A stretch of DNA of 53,719 nucleotides from positions 1 to 53,719 of the IMG/VR virus record IMGVR_UViG_3300045950_000056; one strand, written 5' to 3'. The notes beneath the pieces are model-generated. The model made no database searches. It was not told where the DNA came from and worked only from the letters and a program-made list of their open reading frames with translations. This document shows positions 45,464 to 53,719 of the stretch, one piece after another (position 1 is the stretch's first letter; each line of letters begins with the position of its first letter). The DNA is from a virus (Duplodnaviria; Caudoviricetes). The translations under genes and the position numbers were made by a program.

Positions 45464-46633
45464 ATGGGGTTTTTCGTCCAAGACCACCGAACGCAGTTTC
45501 AATTCGGCGAACTGACTGGCGCTCTCGGTCCAGCGGGCGTCGTGGCGTCCTTGAACTGGCGTGGCACCCCGCTCCTGCCGCCTTCATTCAGGGGAGAACG
45601 GACGGATCGGGTGCTGCAATGGACCTGGTGGTCGCATGAGATTCGGACCTCGGAAGGACCGACGGAAGAGAATCCCTCTGGAGAGAACCGATACAATCTG
45701 ACCCAGGCGGGGACATTCGGGGATGGGGACCGGACGGTTGCGGGGCTCCCCCGAACGAGAGACACGAATGGGCTCTCTCCGACCCATGCCGTGAACCTGA
45801 CGCCGATGCAGGCGACCATCCTTGCCTCGCCGCGGGATCAGTGGCGGACTCCTGCTCAATCGGTGATCCAGCATTCCGTCGGAAGCTGGACGCAGTATCG
45901 ATGGGAGGATCCGATCCTCTGGTGCCAGACAAAATGCCTCATCGGCCCGCTGATTGTGAACGGACGCGAACTGGAGGCATTCCCGCACTTGTACGTGGAA
46001 TCCTGGTGTCCGTTCTCGGCTACGGTCTTTGATGCCGTGATCGTGAGAGCCAGCGAGTGGGGATCGCCGCAATGGTGGTATCGGGTGGGCCAGAACGTGC
46101 CGACCTACCCGAGAATCCACGCTCCAGACAGCGACGGAGCTGTGATTCTGACGGGGCCGTCCGCCAGTCCGGCTCTGGCTGTTCTCTACGGGCGCACTCC
46201 AGCCCGCCCAGATGGGGACCACGTACTGAATATGATGGACTGGAATTCCGGCCCGAATGACCGAGGGGTCGCGGTTCTTCCCGGCGTCGATTGGCGCACG
46301 GTCAGATCCCATCGGGTCGTGGATCGAACCGTGGGGTTCTTCGTCGCGGATCGGCTGGATGAAGGGTTTATGGAGACGCTTCGCCAGCGGGTCTCCATGA
46401 TTCCGTCGCCGACGGTCTATGACCTTCCCGGGGAACTCGCGCCCGTGCTGGAACCGCTCTTGACCTCTCCGGGCGTCAGAATCGCCACGCCGATCCCATG
46501 GGTCGAGCCGGTCCCCTCCCCACCGCCGAGTCCACTCAGTATTGTCGTCGGAGAGCGGGAACGACTTCTTGCCGAGCTGGCGACGATCCGGCACTGGCTG
46601 GACCTGGTGGAGCAATTTTTGAAAGCCGCGTAG
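45464..46633 (+). CDS. Hypothetical protein, aromatic-rich beta domain
   Basis: 389-aa ORF with RBS; YNLTQAG motif. Confidence 0.6.
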   Translation: MGFFVQDHRTQFQFGELTGALGPAGVVASLNWRGTPLLPPSFRGERTDRVLQWTWWSHEIRTSEGPTEENPSGENRYNLTQAGTFGDGDRTVAGLPRTRDTNGLSPTHAVNLTPMQATILASPRDQWRTPAQSVIQHSVGSWTQYRWEDPILWCQTKCLIGPLIVNGRELEAFPHLYVESWCPFSATVFDAVIVRASEWGSPQWWYRVGQNVPTYPRIHAPDSDGAVILTGPSASPALAVLYGRTPARPDGDHVLNMMDWNSGPNDRGVAVLPGVDWRTVRSHRVVDRTVGFFVADRLDEGFMETLRQRVSMIPSPTVYDLPGELAPVLEPLLTSPGVRIATPIPWVEPVPSPPPSPLSIVVGERERLLAELATIRHWLDLVEQFLKAA

Positions 46634-46654
46634 CTATGATAGGATTTCGGATAG

Positions 46655-47140
46655 GTGTTCCCGATGCTTGAGATCGTTCGGGTTCATCGGACCAGGAAGG
46701 GGACGGACGGATATCTCCCCATCATCATGGACCGCGTGAGGGCCATGAGTCACCGATACGGCACGAACCCCGCGCCGCTGGAGCAGCAGATTTGGACCAT
46801 GTACGCGCAAGGAGCGGTGGCCCTCGGGCTGTGGGTCGCGGTGGAGGATGGCCTAGTCACGGGGCATCTCGTCGCCCAAATCCAGCAATGGGACGGCGAG
46901 TGGGTCGGCTGGGTGTACCAAGCTGAATTTGACGGTCCCCCGCTTCGGCAAACGGTCTGGGACCACTGCTTGATCGAACTCGACGACTGGATTCGAGAGG
47001 CCAATCTCGCGCTGAACGGCCAGGCGGTCATCAGGACGTTGATGATGGTCACGCCGCACAACCCGAAATTCTTTGAGCGACGAGCTGGATTTCATCTGGA
47101 TCGCTACTTGATGCGGCGACCCGTGAAGGGAGAAGGATAA
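46655..47140 (+). CDS. GNAT-like virion assembly protein
   Basis: LWVAVEDGLVTG...FFERRAGF; position before ejection genes. Confidence 0.55.
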   Translation: MFPMLEIVRVHRTRKGTDGYLPIIMDRVRAMSHRYGTNPAPLEQQIWTMYAQGAVALGLWVAVEDGLVTGHLVAQIQQWDGEWVGWVYQAEFDGPPLRQTVWDHCLIELDDWIREANLALNGQAVIRTLMMVTPHNPKFFERRAGFHLDRYLMRRPVKGEG

Positions 47141-47143
47141 CCC

Positions 47144-47803
47144 ATGGGCGGTGGACGGTCTACGACGACCTCGGAAGCGAACTTCCCTCCCGAATTCAGG
47201 CCACTGGCGACCTCTGCCGTGCAGCAGATTCAGGCTCTCCAAGACCTCCTGCCTCTAGCAGAATTCGGTCAGCCCGTCGCCCGGCCAGTCGCCGGGCTCG
47301 CCCCATTCACGCGAGCCGGATTTGAACTCGCCTCCATGGTTCCCTTCAGCAGTGCGGCAGAACAGGGGCTCCTGGACCTCTCCATTCCTATCGGTCAACT
47401 CGCTCGGCAATCGCTCGGGGCCGTCGGGGAGCCTGTGGCGGCCACTCGCGCCGCCCTCGCCATGCTGGCCCCGCAACTCGGGACAGGCCCGACGGGTCCG
47501 CGCCCGACGGGCACAACGGAATCCAACCCGCTCTGGGTCCCAACCCCATTTATGCCATCGCCATTCACGGGTCTCACCGAAACGCCCGCGCAGGCTCGCG
47601 CATTCGGGGCCAATCCAGGGAACGTGCCATTCTTCACACTTCCGCCGATCATGCTGCCACAACTGCCTCGTCCAGTTCCTCCGATGCCGGGGCTTCCGGG
47701 TCTCGGCATTCCCGGATTACCACCAGGGCCACCTGGCCTGTCAGGAACCTTTAGCTCTGCCATGCTCGACCCAGGCTTCTACGCGCCGGGATATATGGTC
47801 TGA
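47144..47803 (+). CDS. Putative ejection/internal virion protein
   Basis: MGGGRSTTTS...P start; low complexity. Confidence 0.65.
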   Translation: MGGGRSTTTSEANFPPEFRPLATSAVQQIQALQDLLPLAEFGQPVARPVAGLAPFTRAGFELASMVPFSSAAEQGLLDLSIPIGQLARQSLGAVGEPVAATRAALAMLAPQLGTGPTGPRPTGTTESNPLWVPTPFMPSPFTGLTETPAQARAFGANPGNVPFFTLPPIMLPQLPRPVPPMPGLPGLGIPGLPPGPPGLSGTFSSAMLDPGFYAPGYMV

Positions 47804-48432
47804 TGCCTGACGCGGCAGGAAACCTCACCCCCGCCGAAATCGGAGCCCAAATCTCGGGGTTCTTCGCCCCGCCAGGAGGGGTCAGTCCGCTCACGCAGGC
47901 CGCCATCCAGGCGTTTCAGCAGCAGACCCTTCCGACGATCCAACAGCAGTTCCAGCTCATGGGCCTCGGGCACTCTCCGGCCCTTGGTGTGGCGACAGGC
48001 TCGGCGCTGACGCAGGCGCTGGTTCCATTTCTCCAGGGAGACCTGGAGAACCGTCTTGCAGCCCTCCGACTGGCTCAGCAAGGGCTTGATCTCAGCCAGA
48101 CCGGAGCGACGAGGGCCGCCCAGATCGCTCAGATTCAACAACAGATGATGCTTGATCCAGTCCGGCTCGCCGGGAGTCTTGTGTCGGGTCTCGCGCAACC
48201 ATTCGGCACAGCCGCCAATCTTGGTCTCCAGCGGCAACAGCTTGCGCTGGAAGCGTTTGGAGCCGCCGGGCAAGCGCAACAGGGCGTGGCCCAATCGGCG
48301 CTGGACCAGCAGATGGCGGATTTGCTTCGTCGCCAAGCCCTCTCCGAGTCGTCGAGCACTGGGCTGTTCGGGTCCAGTGTATTGCCCCCGACGCTTCAAC
48401 AAATCGCGAGGACACGAACGAGCGGGAAATAA
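47803..48432 (+). CDS. Putative ejection/internal virion protein
   Basis: Gln/Ala/Gly-rich; ends TRTSGK. Confidence 0.65.
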   Translation: MPDAAGNLTPAEIGAQISGFFAPPGGVSPLTQAAIQAFQQQTLPTIQQQFQLMGLGHSPALGVATGSALTQALVPFLQGDLENRLAALRLAQQGLDLSQTGATRAAQIAQIQQQMMLDPVRLAGSLVSGLAQPFGTAANLGLQRQQLALEAFGAAGQAQQGVAQSALDQQMADLLRRQALSESSSTGLFGSSVLPPTLQQIARTRTSGK

Positions 48433-48450
48433 CAACGGGGGGATCAATCC

Positions 48451-48906
48451 ATGGCTGGCGGAGGCGATACGGCCAAATATGCGGCGCTGGCGGGTCTTGT
48501 GACCGCCGGGATCGCCGCGCCCTATCTGTTGCCAGCTCTCGCTCCAGCGGCAGCGGGAGCCGCAGGCGCCGGGGCGGGGGCTGGCACGGCTGGCTTGACG
48601 GCCGCTGAACTCGCGGCTGTCGAATTTGCGTTAACAGGTGCCGCCGGGGCTGGTGGGGGTGCGCTCGCAGCGGCCCCATCTGCCGCGACCGCCACGACCG
48701 CATCGGCCCTCGATCAGATGTCGAAAGGAGCCCTACTGGGAAGCGCGCTCGGCCAGTCGTTGGGACTCGGCCGACCATCGCCTCCACCGCCAAGCGTTCC
48801 TGACATTGGTCGAAGCGGAGCCTCGACCCCGACGGCCAATCAGCAACTTCAACTCCTCATGCAACTGGCAGAGCTTCAGCGGAACCGAGGCAAGAGGCTC
48901 TTCTAG
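48451..48906 (+). CDS. Putative ejection protein, Ala/Gly-rich
   Basis: Hydrophobic Gly/Ala segments. Confidence 0.6.
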   Translation: MAGGGDTAKYAALAGLVTAGIAAPYLLPALAPAAAGAAGAGAGAGTAGLTAAELAAVEFALTGAAGAGGGALAAAPSAATATTASALDQMSKGALLGSALGQSLGLGRPSPPPPSVPDIGRSGASTPTANQQLQLLMQLAELQRNRGKRLF

Positions 48907-50519
48907 TGAATGGTCAGCTCCAGTCGAGTCTGCCCTTTGCCCTTGGAATGGCGGCGACGCTGGCGAATCCGAGATCGAATGTCGCCCAGTCCTTGATCGG
49001 GTTGGCCGAGCTGTCGGCCCGCCAGCGTGAACGGCAACGAGAAGAAGAGGAAGTCCAGAGTGAGCACGCCTTCTTCCCGAAATTCGTTGAGGCGGCCAAG
49101 ACGGGACAACTGTCCTCGTTAGATGTCCAGGCGGTTCCGAGGCGCTATCACGGTCCCATCGTGTCGTTGAGTGCTGCCGCGAGAAGGCAAGAACAGGAAC
49201 AGGCCCGCCAAGCCCTCGGCGTCGAGGAAGCCGCGTCGTTTCAATCGCTGATAGGCCAAGCCGAGGTTGATCCCCTCTCGGCTCCGCAGATTCTTCGAGC
49301 CGTGGCCTCGATCCACCCGACGACGCCAGAAGGAGTCACGGCCAGGACGCAAGCCATCGAGCGCTTGAGTCCGAGCGCACGACATGTGCAGGGTCTCTTC
49401 CGCCAGGTCGAAGCGGCCCATCTGGCGCCCGTGCCAGAAAGTGCAGCCGGGGTGATGGTGCCACAGGTTCCCGAGGTCGTGATGGAATCCGTGAAGCGGG
49501 AGGCCAGCTTGCCGATCCCGACGACCATGGAAGAACGTCAGGCCCAGCTAGTGCGTCTCAGGGTCAGGCCAGAGGATCACGTGAATCAAGCGATGATGGC
49601 TCACCTGACCCAGACCGGAGATGTCGCGGGCTTCCTGGCTGAAGCGGCCCGGACGGGTCCCAGAGCCTTCGAGCAAGCAGGGACGATCCTGCCTCGGCTT
49701 GGGTTCGCTCCGTTGTCGTTCGCCAATCTCCCGCAGTCACATGTCGGGGCCCTGATCGAAGTTGGGAGAGCGACCAGCACACCCCCGGAGACCGTGATCG
49801 CGAATCTCCGATCTCCAGATCCAACGGCGCGGGCTCAGGCATTCGATCTCTACCAGAAAGCGGCTCAGCTCGTTCGATCTCAGGAACTGGACGCTATCGA
49901 CCGGCGGGCCGAGGCGGAAGCCAAGGCCCAATTCGCCTTCGTGCCCATGACCGAACAGGTCATGGAACAATACGTCCATCCGATGACGCTGGCTCCGCCG
50001 ACTCCGGGCATGTCTCGGCGCGACGCCAGGGAGGCGGGACTGGTCTACGTCGGCCCCGATGGACTCGCCACCGTTCGTCGGTTTCGGGACATGCTCTCAC
50101 GGTTCGACGACATGGAACGGATCGGCAAACAGATTTTCACGTCGGATCAACTGGCGCCGATCACACAGTTTCGGACCAACCTTGAAGGATTCTTCGCCCG
50201 ACCAGAGGTGAAGAATTTTCAACGGCACGTCAGCACGGTCTTTACGATTGCCGCCCAGGAACAGGGCAAGCGGTTGAGCGACATGGACTTTCGCGTCTAC
50301 GCGCAGGTCCTTCCGGGCATGGAGACCTTTCGAGAAACCAAAACCTCGTTCGAGTCTGGGATGCGCCAGATTCGAGTTCTCTGGATGAAGAGCTTCCTCC
50401 GATTTCTGGGTCGGCCCGATACGGTGGTGCATTTCCGAGACCGCCAGAGCGGCGCCATCGGATTATCCCCCCTCGACAGCTTTAATCCGACCACGATGGA
50501 ACGTCTCCAGGACTTCTAA
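48906..50519 (+). CDS. Putative internal virion protein
   Basis: 537-aa helical ORF; QGKRLSDMDF motif. Confidence 0.65.
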   Translation: MNGQLQSSLPFALGMAATLANPRSNVAQSLIGLAELSARQRERQREEEEVQSEHAFFPKFVEAAKTGQLSSLDVQAVPRRYHGPIVSLSAAARRQEQEQARQALGVEEAASFQSLIGQAEVDPLSAPQILRAVASIHPTTPEGVTARTQAIERLSPSARHVQGLFRQVEAAHLAPVPESAAGVMVPQVPEVVMESVKREASLPIPTTMEERQAQLVRLRVRPEDHVNQAMMAHLTQTGDVAGFLAEAARTGPRAFEQAGTILPRLGFAPLSFANLPQSHVGALIEVGRATSTPPETVIANLRSPDPTARAQAFDLYQKAAQLVRSQELDAIDRRAEAEAKAQFAFVPMTEQVMEQYVHPMTLAPPTPGMSRRDAREAGLVYVGPDGLATVRRFRDMLSRFDDMERIGKQIFTSDQLAPITQFRTNLEGFFARPEVKNFQRHVSTVFTIAAQEQGKRLSDMDFRVYAQVLPGMETFRETKTSFESGMRQIRVLWMKSFLRFLGRPDTVVHFRDRQSGAIGLSPLDSFNPTTMERLQDF

Positions 50520-50521
50520 CC

Positions 50522-51964
50522 GTGGCGGACCCCTTGATTGTCTATGAGTCCCCGAGTCCACCGCCGGATCGTCCGGTCGGAACTGGAACGGTCCTCAAAC
50601 GACGCCTCTTGCAAGCCGCGACCGAAGGCGTGGCGCGAGGGCTGGCGCCGATTGTCGGGCCGACCATCGGGCGGGCGGTGCCAGAGTTTTTTCTCCCGCA
50701 AACCGAAACGGAACTCCTGATCGACCTCGCCACATTCCCAGCCGGTGGGCCGATTGGGACTGTCGCCAGGCGGGTCGCGGCGCGGACAGGATCGAAGGCC
50801 CTGACGGGACTCGCGGGTCTCGGCGCACGGGTCGGGGCCCAAGCGGGTGGCGGCGCGGTCGGGGCCACACTCGAAGGCGAACCAGCCACTCGGGGAGCCG
50901 TCCGAGGAGTCGCCACCGGATTGACGGGAGAAGCGGTCGGGAAGCTGTTTGAGAAATTAGTGGGAATTCCGATGACGCGGGGATTGCTCGAACAGGTGGA
51001 TCTCCGTCGATTCGTCCGAGTGTTGCCCAAGGTCGCCCCGGATTTCCCTACGGCGAAAAGCGCCGCAGACCTGACCGAGATCATCGTTGGCACGTTAGGT
51101 CAGGATGCCATGCGCGAGGGTCTCCGGCAGAGAACCGCCCAGGTTGCCCAATCGCTCGGCAACACTCCGATCCTGTCCGAGACATTTGAGCGTCTGCTTC
51201 CAGGGTTGGGCTCTGAAGGGATGGACATTCTCCAGCGAGCCGCGAATCGAGTCGCGACGGTCACCGGGCGATCCGTGGCGGGGGCTCCTCCTGGGCCAGC
51301 CCGGCCGAGCTTTCGGTTCGAGGACCTGGTGGAGGCCCTGCCGTTGATTCGGAAACGCACGTTTGCGCCGACCGGAGCCCCGAAAACTGGCGAGACGGCG
51401 ATTGATCTCATGACGCTTCGGGAACAGGCCATTGGGGAGTTCAAACAGCAGATGCCGCCTGGGGCTGTCGCCGCCTTCGATACGGCGTTGCGGGAATATC
51501 GACGCCATGCGCGGATTCTCGATGTCCTCTCGGAGAACGCGGGCGAGCTCCTCACGCCACAAGGGGGAGTGAATCTCGGTGTCCTCATGAGGACGGTCGG
51601 GGGTGACCCGGACACCAGGCGGGAACTTCAGCGGGCGTTTCTCAGCGACCCGAAGAAACTGGAGGCGTTTTTCCGGGTCGTCTTCCGTGGCGGGCAACCG
51701 TTTGAACGGGATGTCCCGGGCCATCTGCCCGTCCGCATCGGAACTGGCAATCCCAATCGGCCTCCCTCATTCTTTCTCGGATTGCCGAAATTCCCGGAAC
51801 TGGCTGGCGATCTGCCTGCCGCGATCCGTGTCTTTGCGAATCCCCGAGAACTCCTCACGATGTTCGGGGCCGTGCCACTCTCGAAATTCGTCTTCCCCCC
51901 TGTGACTGCGCCCCTCCCAGTGTCGCCCTCGCTGGCTCCTCCGAGTCGCCGTGATCTCCCATGA
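50522..51964 (+). CDS. Putative internal virion protein
   Basis: Gly-zipper N-terminal region; last of ejection cluster. Confidence 0.65.
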   Translation: MADPLIVYESPSPPPDRPVGTGTVLKRRLLQAATEGVARGLAPIVGPTIGRAVPEFFLPQTETELLIDLATFPAGGPIGTVARRVAARTGSKALTGLAGLGARVGAQAGGGAVGATLEGEPATRGAVRGVATGLTGEAVGKLFEKLVGIPMTRGLLEQVDLRRFVRVLPKVAPDFPTAKSAADLTEIIVGTLGQDAMREGLRQRTAQVAQSLGNTPILSETFERLLPGLGSEGMDILQRAANRVATVTGRSVAGAPPGPARPSFRFEDLVEALPLIRKRTFAPTGAPKTGETAIDLMTLREQAIGEFKQQMPPGAVAAFDTALREYRRHARILDVLSENAGELLTPQGGVNLGVLMRTVGGDPDTRRELQRAFLSDPKKLEAFFRVVFRGGQPFERDVPGHLPVRIGTGNPNRPPSFFLGLPKFPELAGDLPAAIRVFANPRELLTMFGAVPLSKFVFPPVTAPLPVSPSLAPPSRRDLP

Positions 51965-52277
51965 CCGGGCGAGCTACCGGAGACGATATGAACGGAAGCG
52001 CCGGAAGGCGTTCCGCCGCACTGGACGCTGCACATGTTGTGGGGGGCAACGGGAAGACTCCAAGTTCCGGTTCTGCCTTCTCTGCCGGACCCGGAAACGC
52101 TACCGGCGTACGGCGCGGAAGGCCGAGGAAACCACCTACAAACGGGAGTCCCGGCGGCTCCTCCGGCTCCATGGACTCTGTTTGGGCTGTAAACAGCCCA
52201 GTCCCACGCAATACTGCCCAGCCTGCCGTCGCCGACGGGATTCTCGGCCCGCGCGGGGAACGGCTTCGGACCTGTGA
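51951..52277 (+). CDS. Arg/Cys-rich zinc-finger protein
   Basis: GRCTCCG...CLLC and GLCLGC...CPAC; same unit style as 13605-14420. Confidence 0.6.
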   Translation: MISHDRASYRRRYERKRRKAFRRTGRCTCCGGQREDSKFRFCLLCRTRKRYRRTARKAEETTYKRESRRLLRLHGLCLGCKQPSPTQYCPACRRRRDSRPARGTASDL

Positions 52278-52602
52278 ACGCTGCGGGGCACCGATTACAT
52301 GGAACCGATCCCGCGTACATCCCTCTGGCTGGATTGATCCGGTGAGTTACTACGCTCGTCGCTATTGCGGGCCGCAATGCGCCGGGGAGGCCCGCCGGAT
52401 GGGACGCCTCCCCATCGCCGCAGTCCGCTCATGGGTCTCCGATGCGGCCTGTTTTGCCGATGTGCGAACCTGTCCCAAGTGTGGATCGACGGCGCTCTAC
52501 TACACGCCCGTCTCAGTCAACTGCCATCTCTGCGGCTCCACGACCTTCGTCCGGGACGGCGATTGGGAGCATGAGCCCTACCGGCTGACCACGAAGGCAT
52601 AG
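52171..52602 (+). CDS. Zn-ribbon protein; start uncertain
   Basis: CERCG...YCGPQC...CPKCGS...CHLCG. Confidence 0.5.
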   Translation: MDSVWAVNSPVPRNTAQPAVADGILGPRGERLRTCERCGAPITWNRSRVHPSGWIDPVSYYARRYCGPQCAGEARRMGRLPIAAVRSWVSDAACFADVRTCPKCGSTALYYTPVSVNCHLCGSTTFVRDGDWEHEPYRLTTKA

Positions 52603-52634
52603 CCTATGTGCGACCTGCTCAAGCGGGGTAATCG

Positions 52635-52976
52635 ATGACCCGGGCTCTTCATCGAAAGGCCCCTCGATGGCTCTGGCGGGTTGGCTTGGCGGCGACCTCC
52701 ATGGCCCTCCTGGGCGGGCTGTGGACGGGGACGAGAAGCAGCCTGGCATGGCTCAATGGCCGGTGGGACCAGCGGGAACCGGTCCTGACCGTCCAGCGGC
52801 AGGTCCAGGAGTTGGAGTATCGGACCCTCCTCCAACAACGCCAGCTGCTTCTGGCCGAGCGGTTTCGAATTAAGAGTGTGCAGCGGCCGCTGACACAAAT
52901 CGAACGTGAGCGTGTGGAGGAGTTGGAGCGCCAGATCAGTGAGATCAACGCTGAACTGGCGAGGTTCAAGCGATGA
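52635..52976 (+). CDS. Membrane-anchored coiled-coil protein
   Basis: TM plus heptads. Confidence 0.6.
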   Translation: MTRALHRKAPRWLWRVGLAATSMALLGGLWTGTRSSLAWLNGRWDQREPVLTVQRQVQELEYRTLLQQRQLLLAERFRIKSVQRPLTQIERERVEELERQISEINAELARFKR

Positions 52977-53377
52977 ACACGGCTCTCGCGTCCTTGCTCA
53001 TGCTGACCTATCTGGCGCTTCCCGGACAGCCAGCACCGAAATCGGGAGTGCCCTATCCCGTGGAGCCAGGGCTCCCCGCCACTGCTCGCATCCTTGCGGA
53101 GCGCCAGATCGTCTGCGACGACCAGCACGTCGGCATCCGTTCAATCTACGATCTCGATGGGAACGAGAACACGTTCGAGCTGGTCATATGGTCCACAGCC
53201 AGGGTCAGTGTGTGGGTTTACTGGGATCGTGACCGCCAGCCCGACGGATCAGCGAAGGCTGGGACTGTCTATCTGATCTATCCAACTATTCCGCTCGAAA
53301 CGATGACGGCAGAGGTGCTGCGCGAGCGCTTTCCGGGCGGCATCTGCCAGGTGTGGCGTGACGCGCCCTCGTCATGA
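52973..53377 (+). CDS. Secreted hypothetical protein
   Basis: Signal-peptide-like N terminus; ATGA coupling. Confidence 0.6.
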   Translation: MNTALASLLMLTYLALPGQPAPKSGVPYPVEPGLPATARILAERQIVCDDQHVGIRSIYDLDGNENTFELVIWSTARVSVWVYWDRDRQPDGSAKAGTVYLIYPTIPLETMTAEVLRERFPGGICQVWRDAPSS

Positions 53378-53595
53378 GCCAAACTGATCTGACCAATCGC
53401 TGCTTCGCACCAAAGGGAACATTTCATGATATCAAGAACCTTGACAGCGTTCCCTGTTCTCGGCCCGCAACTGGGCTCTGCTGTTTCTGCAAGCTGACAC
53501 TGGAGTCAGTGCCCGTGACCGCTGGAGCTTCGAGTCGGTACGTGTGGGAGTGTTGTAGATGCGGAAAACAGAGTGAAATCCATGACCCCCGCTGA
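53374..53595 (+). CDS. Small Cys-rich protein
   Basis: CCFC and CCRC; ATGA coupling. Confidence 0.5.
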   Translation: MSQTDLTNRCFAPKGTFHDIKNLDSVPCSRPATGLCCFCKLTLESVPVTAGASSRYVWECCRCGKQSEIHDPR

Positions 53596-53704
53596 TCTCG
53601 ATTGGTTGGCGTTGTTCGCGTCGATGCTGATCCCGGTCGCGGGGGTCCTTGCGGTGTTTCTCGGCGTGACATGGCTTTCTCGGGTCTTTGAAGATCGGGG
53701 ATAG
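53582..53704 (+). CDS. 40-aa single-TM peptide
   Basis: Manual translation MTPADLDWLALFASMLIPVAGVLAVFLGVTWLSRVFEDRG. Confidence 0.45.
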   Translation: MTPADLDWLALFASMLIPVAGVLAVFLGVTWLSRVFEDRG

Positions 53705-53719
53705 ACTCGTGGCGAGACT

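Noticed and set aside
1-53719. Terminal repeats proving a complete circular genome
   Set aside because: The ends share no meaningful overlap; completeness is inferred only from gene content.

Overview
GC-rich tailed-phage genome, probably complete or nearly so, with podovirus-like organisation and a likely diderm host (spanin-like genes). Order: lysis genes (1-4.6 kb); a rightward early operon with RecT-like annealase, exonuclease, SNF2 helicase, amino-methyltransferase, HNH, RusA and an O-like initiator (4.7-17 kb); a leftward operon with a Zn-ribbon/XRE regulator and an inserted C5-methyltransferase/Vsr pair (17-21.6 kb); a mostly non-coding control region (21.6-22.8 kb); then packaging, head, tail and ejection genes (24-52 kb). 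I found no integrase, recombinase, ParA/ParB, reverse transcriptase or CRISPR array. Main observations: (1) within about 350 bp lie a consensus chromosomal parS site, a dif-like XerC/XerD site and an aberrant Ser-body tRNA with a CGC anticodon, suggesting a cis-only cassette that borrows the host's segregation and dimer-resolution machinery; (2) about 10 copies of an 18-bp palindrome (AGTGCCCGCGCGGGCACT) are confined to the non-structural half, often just upstream of ribosome-binding sites; (3) several apparent frameshifts may be sequencing errors. All product calls come from motif recognition and gene order, not database searches.
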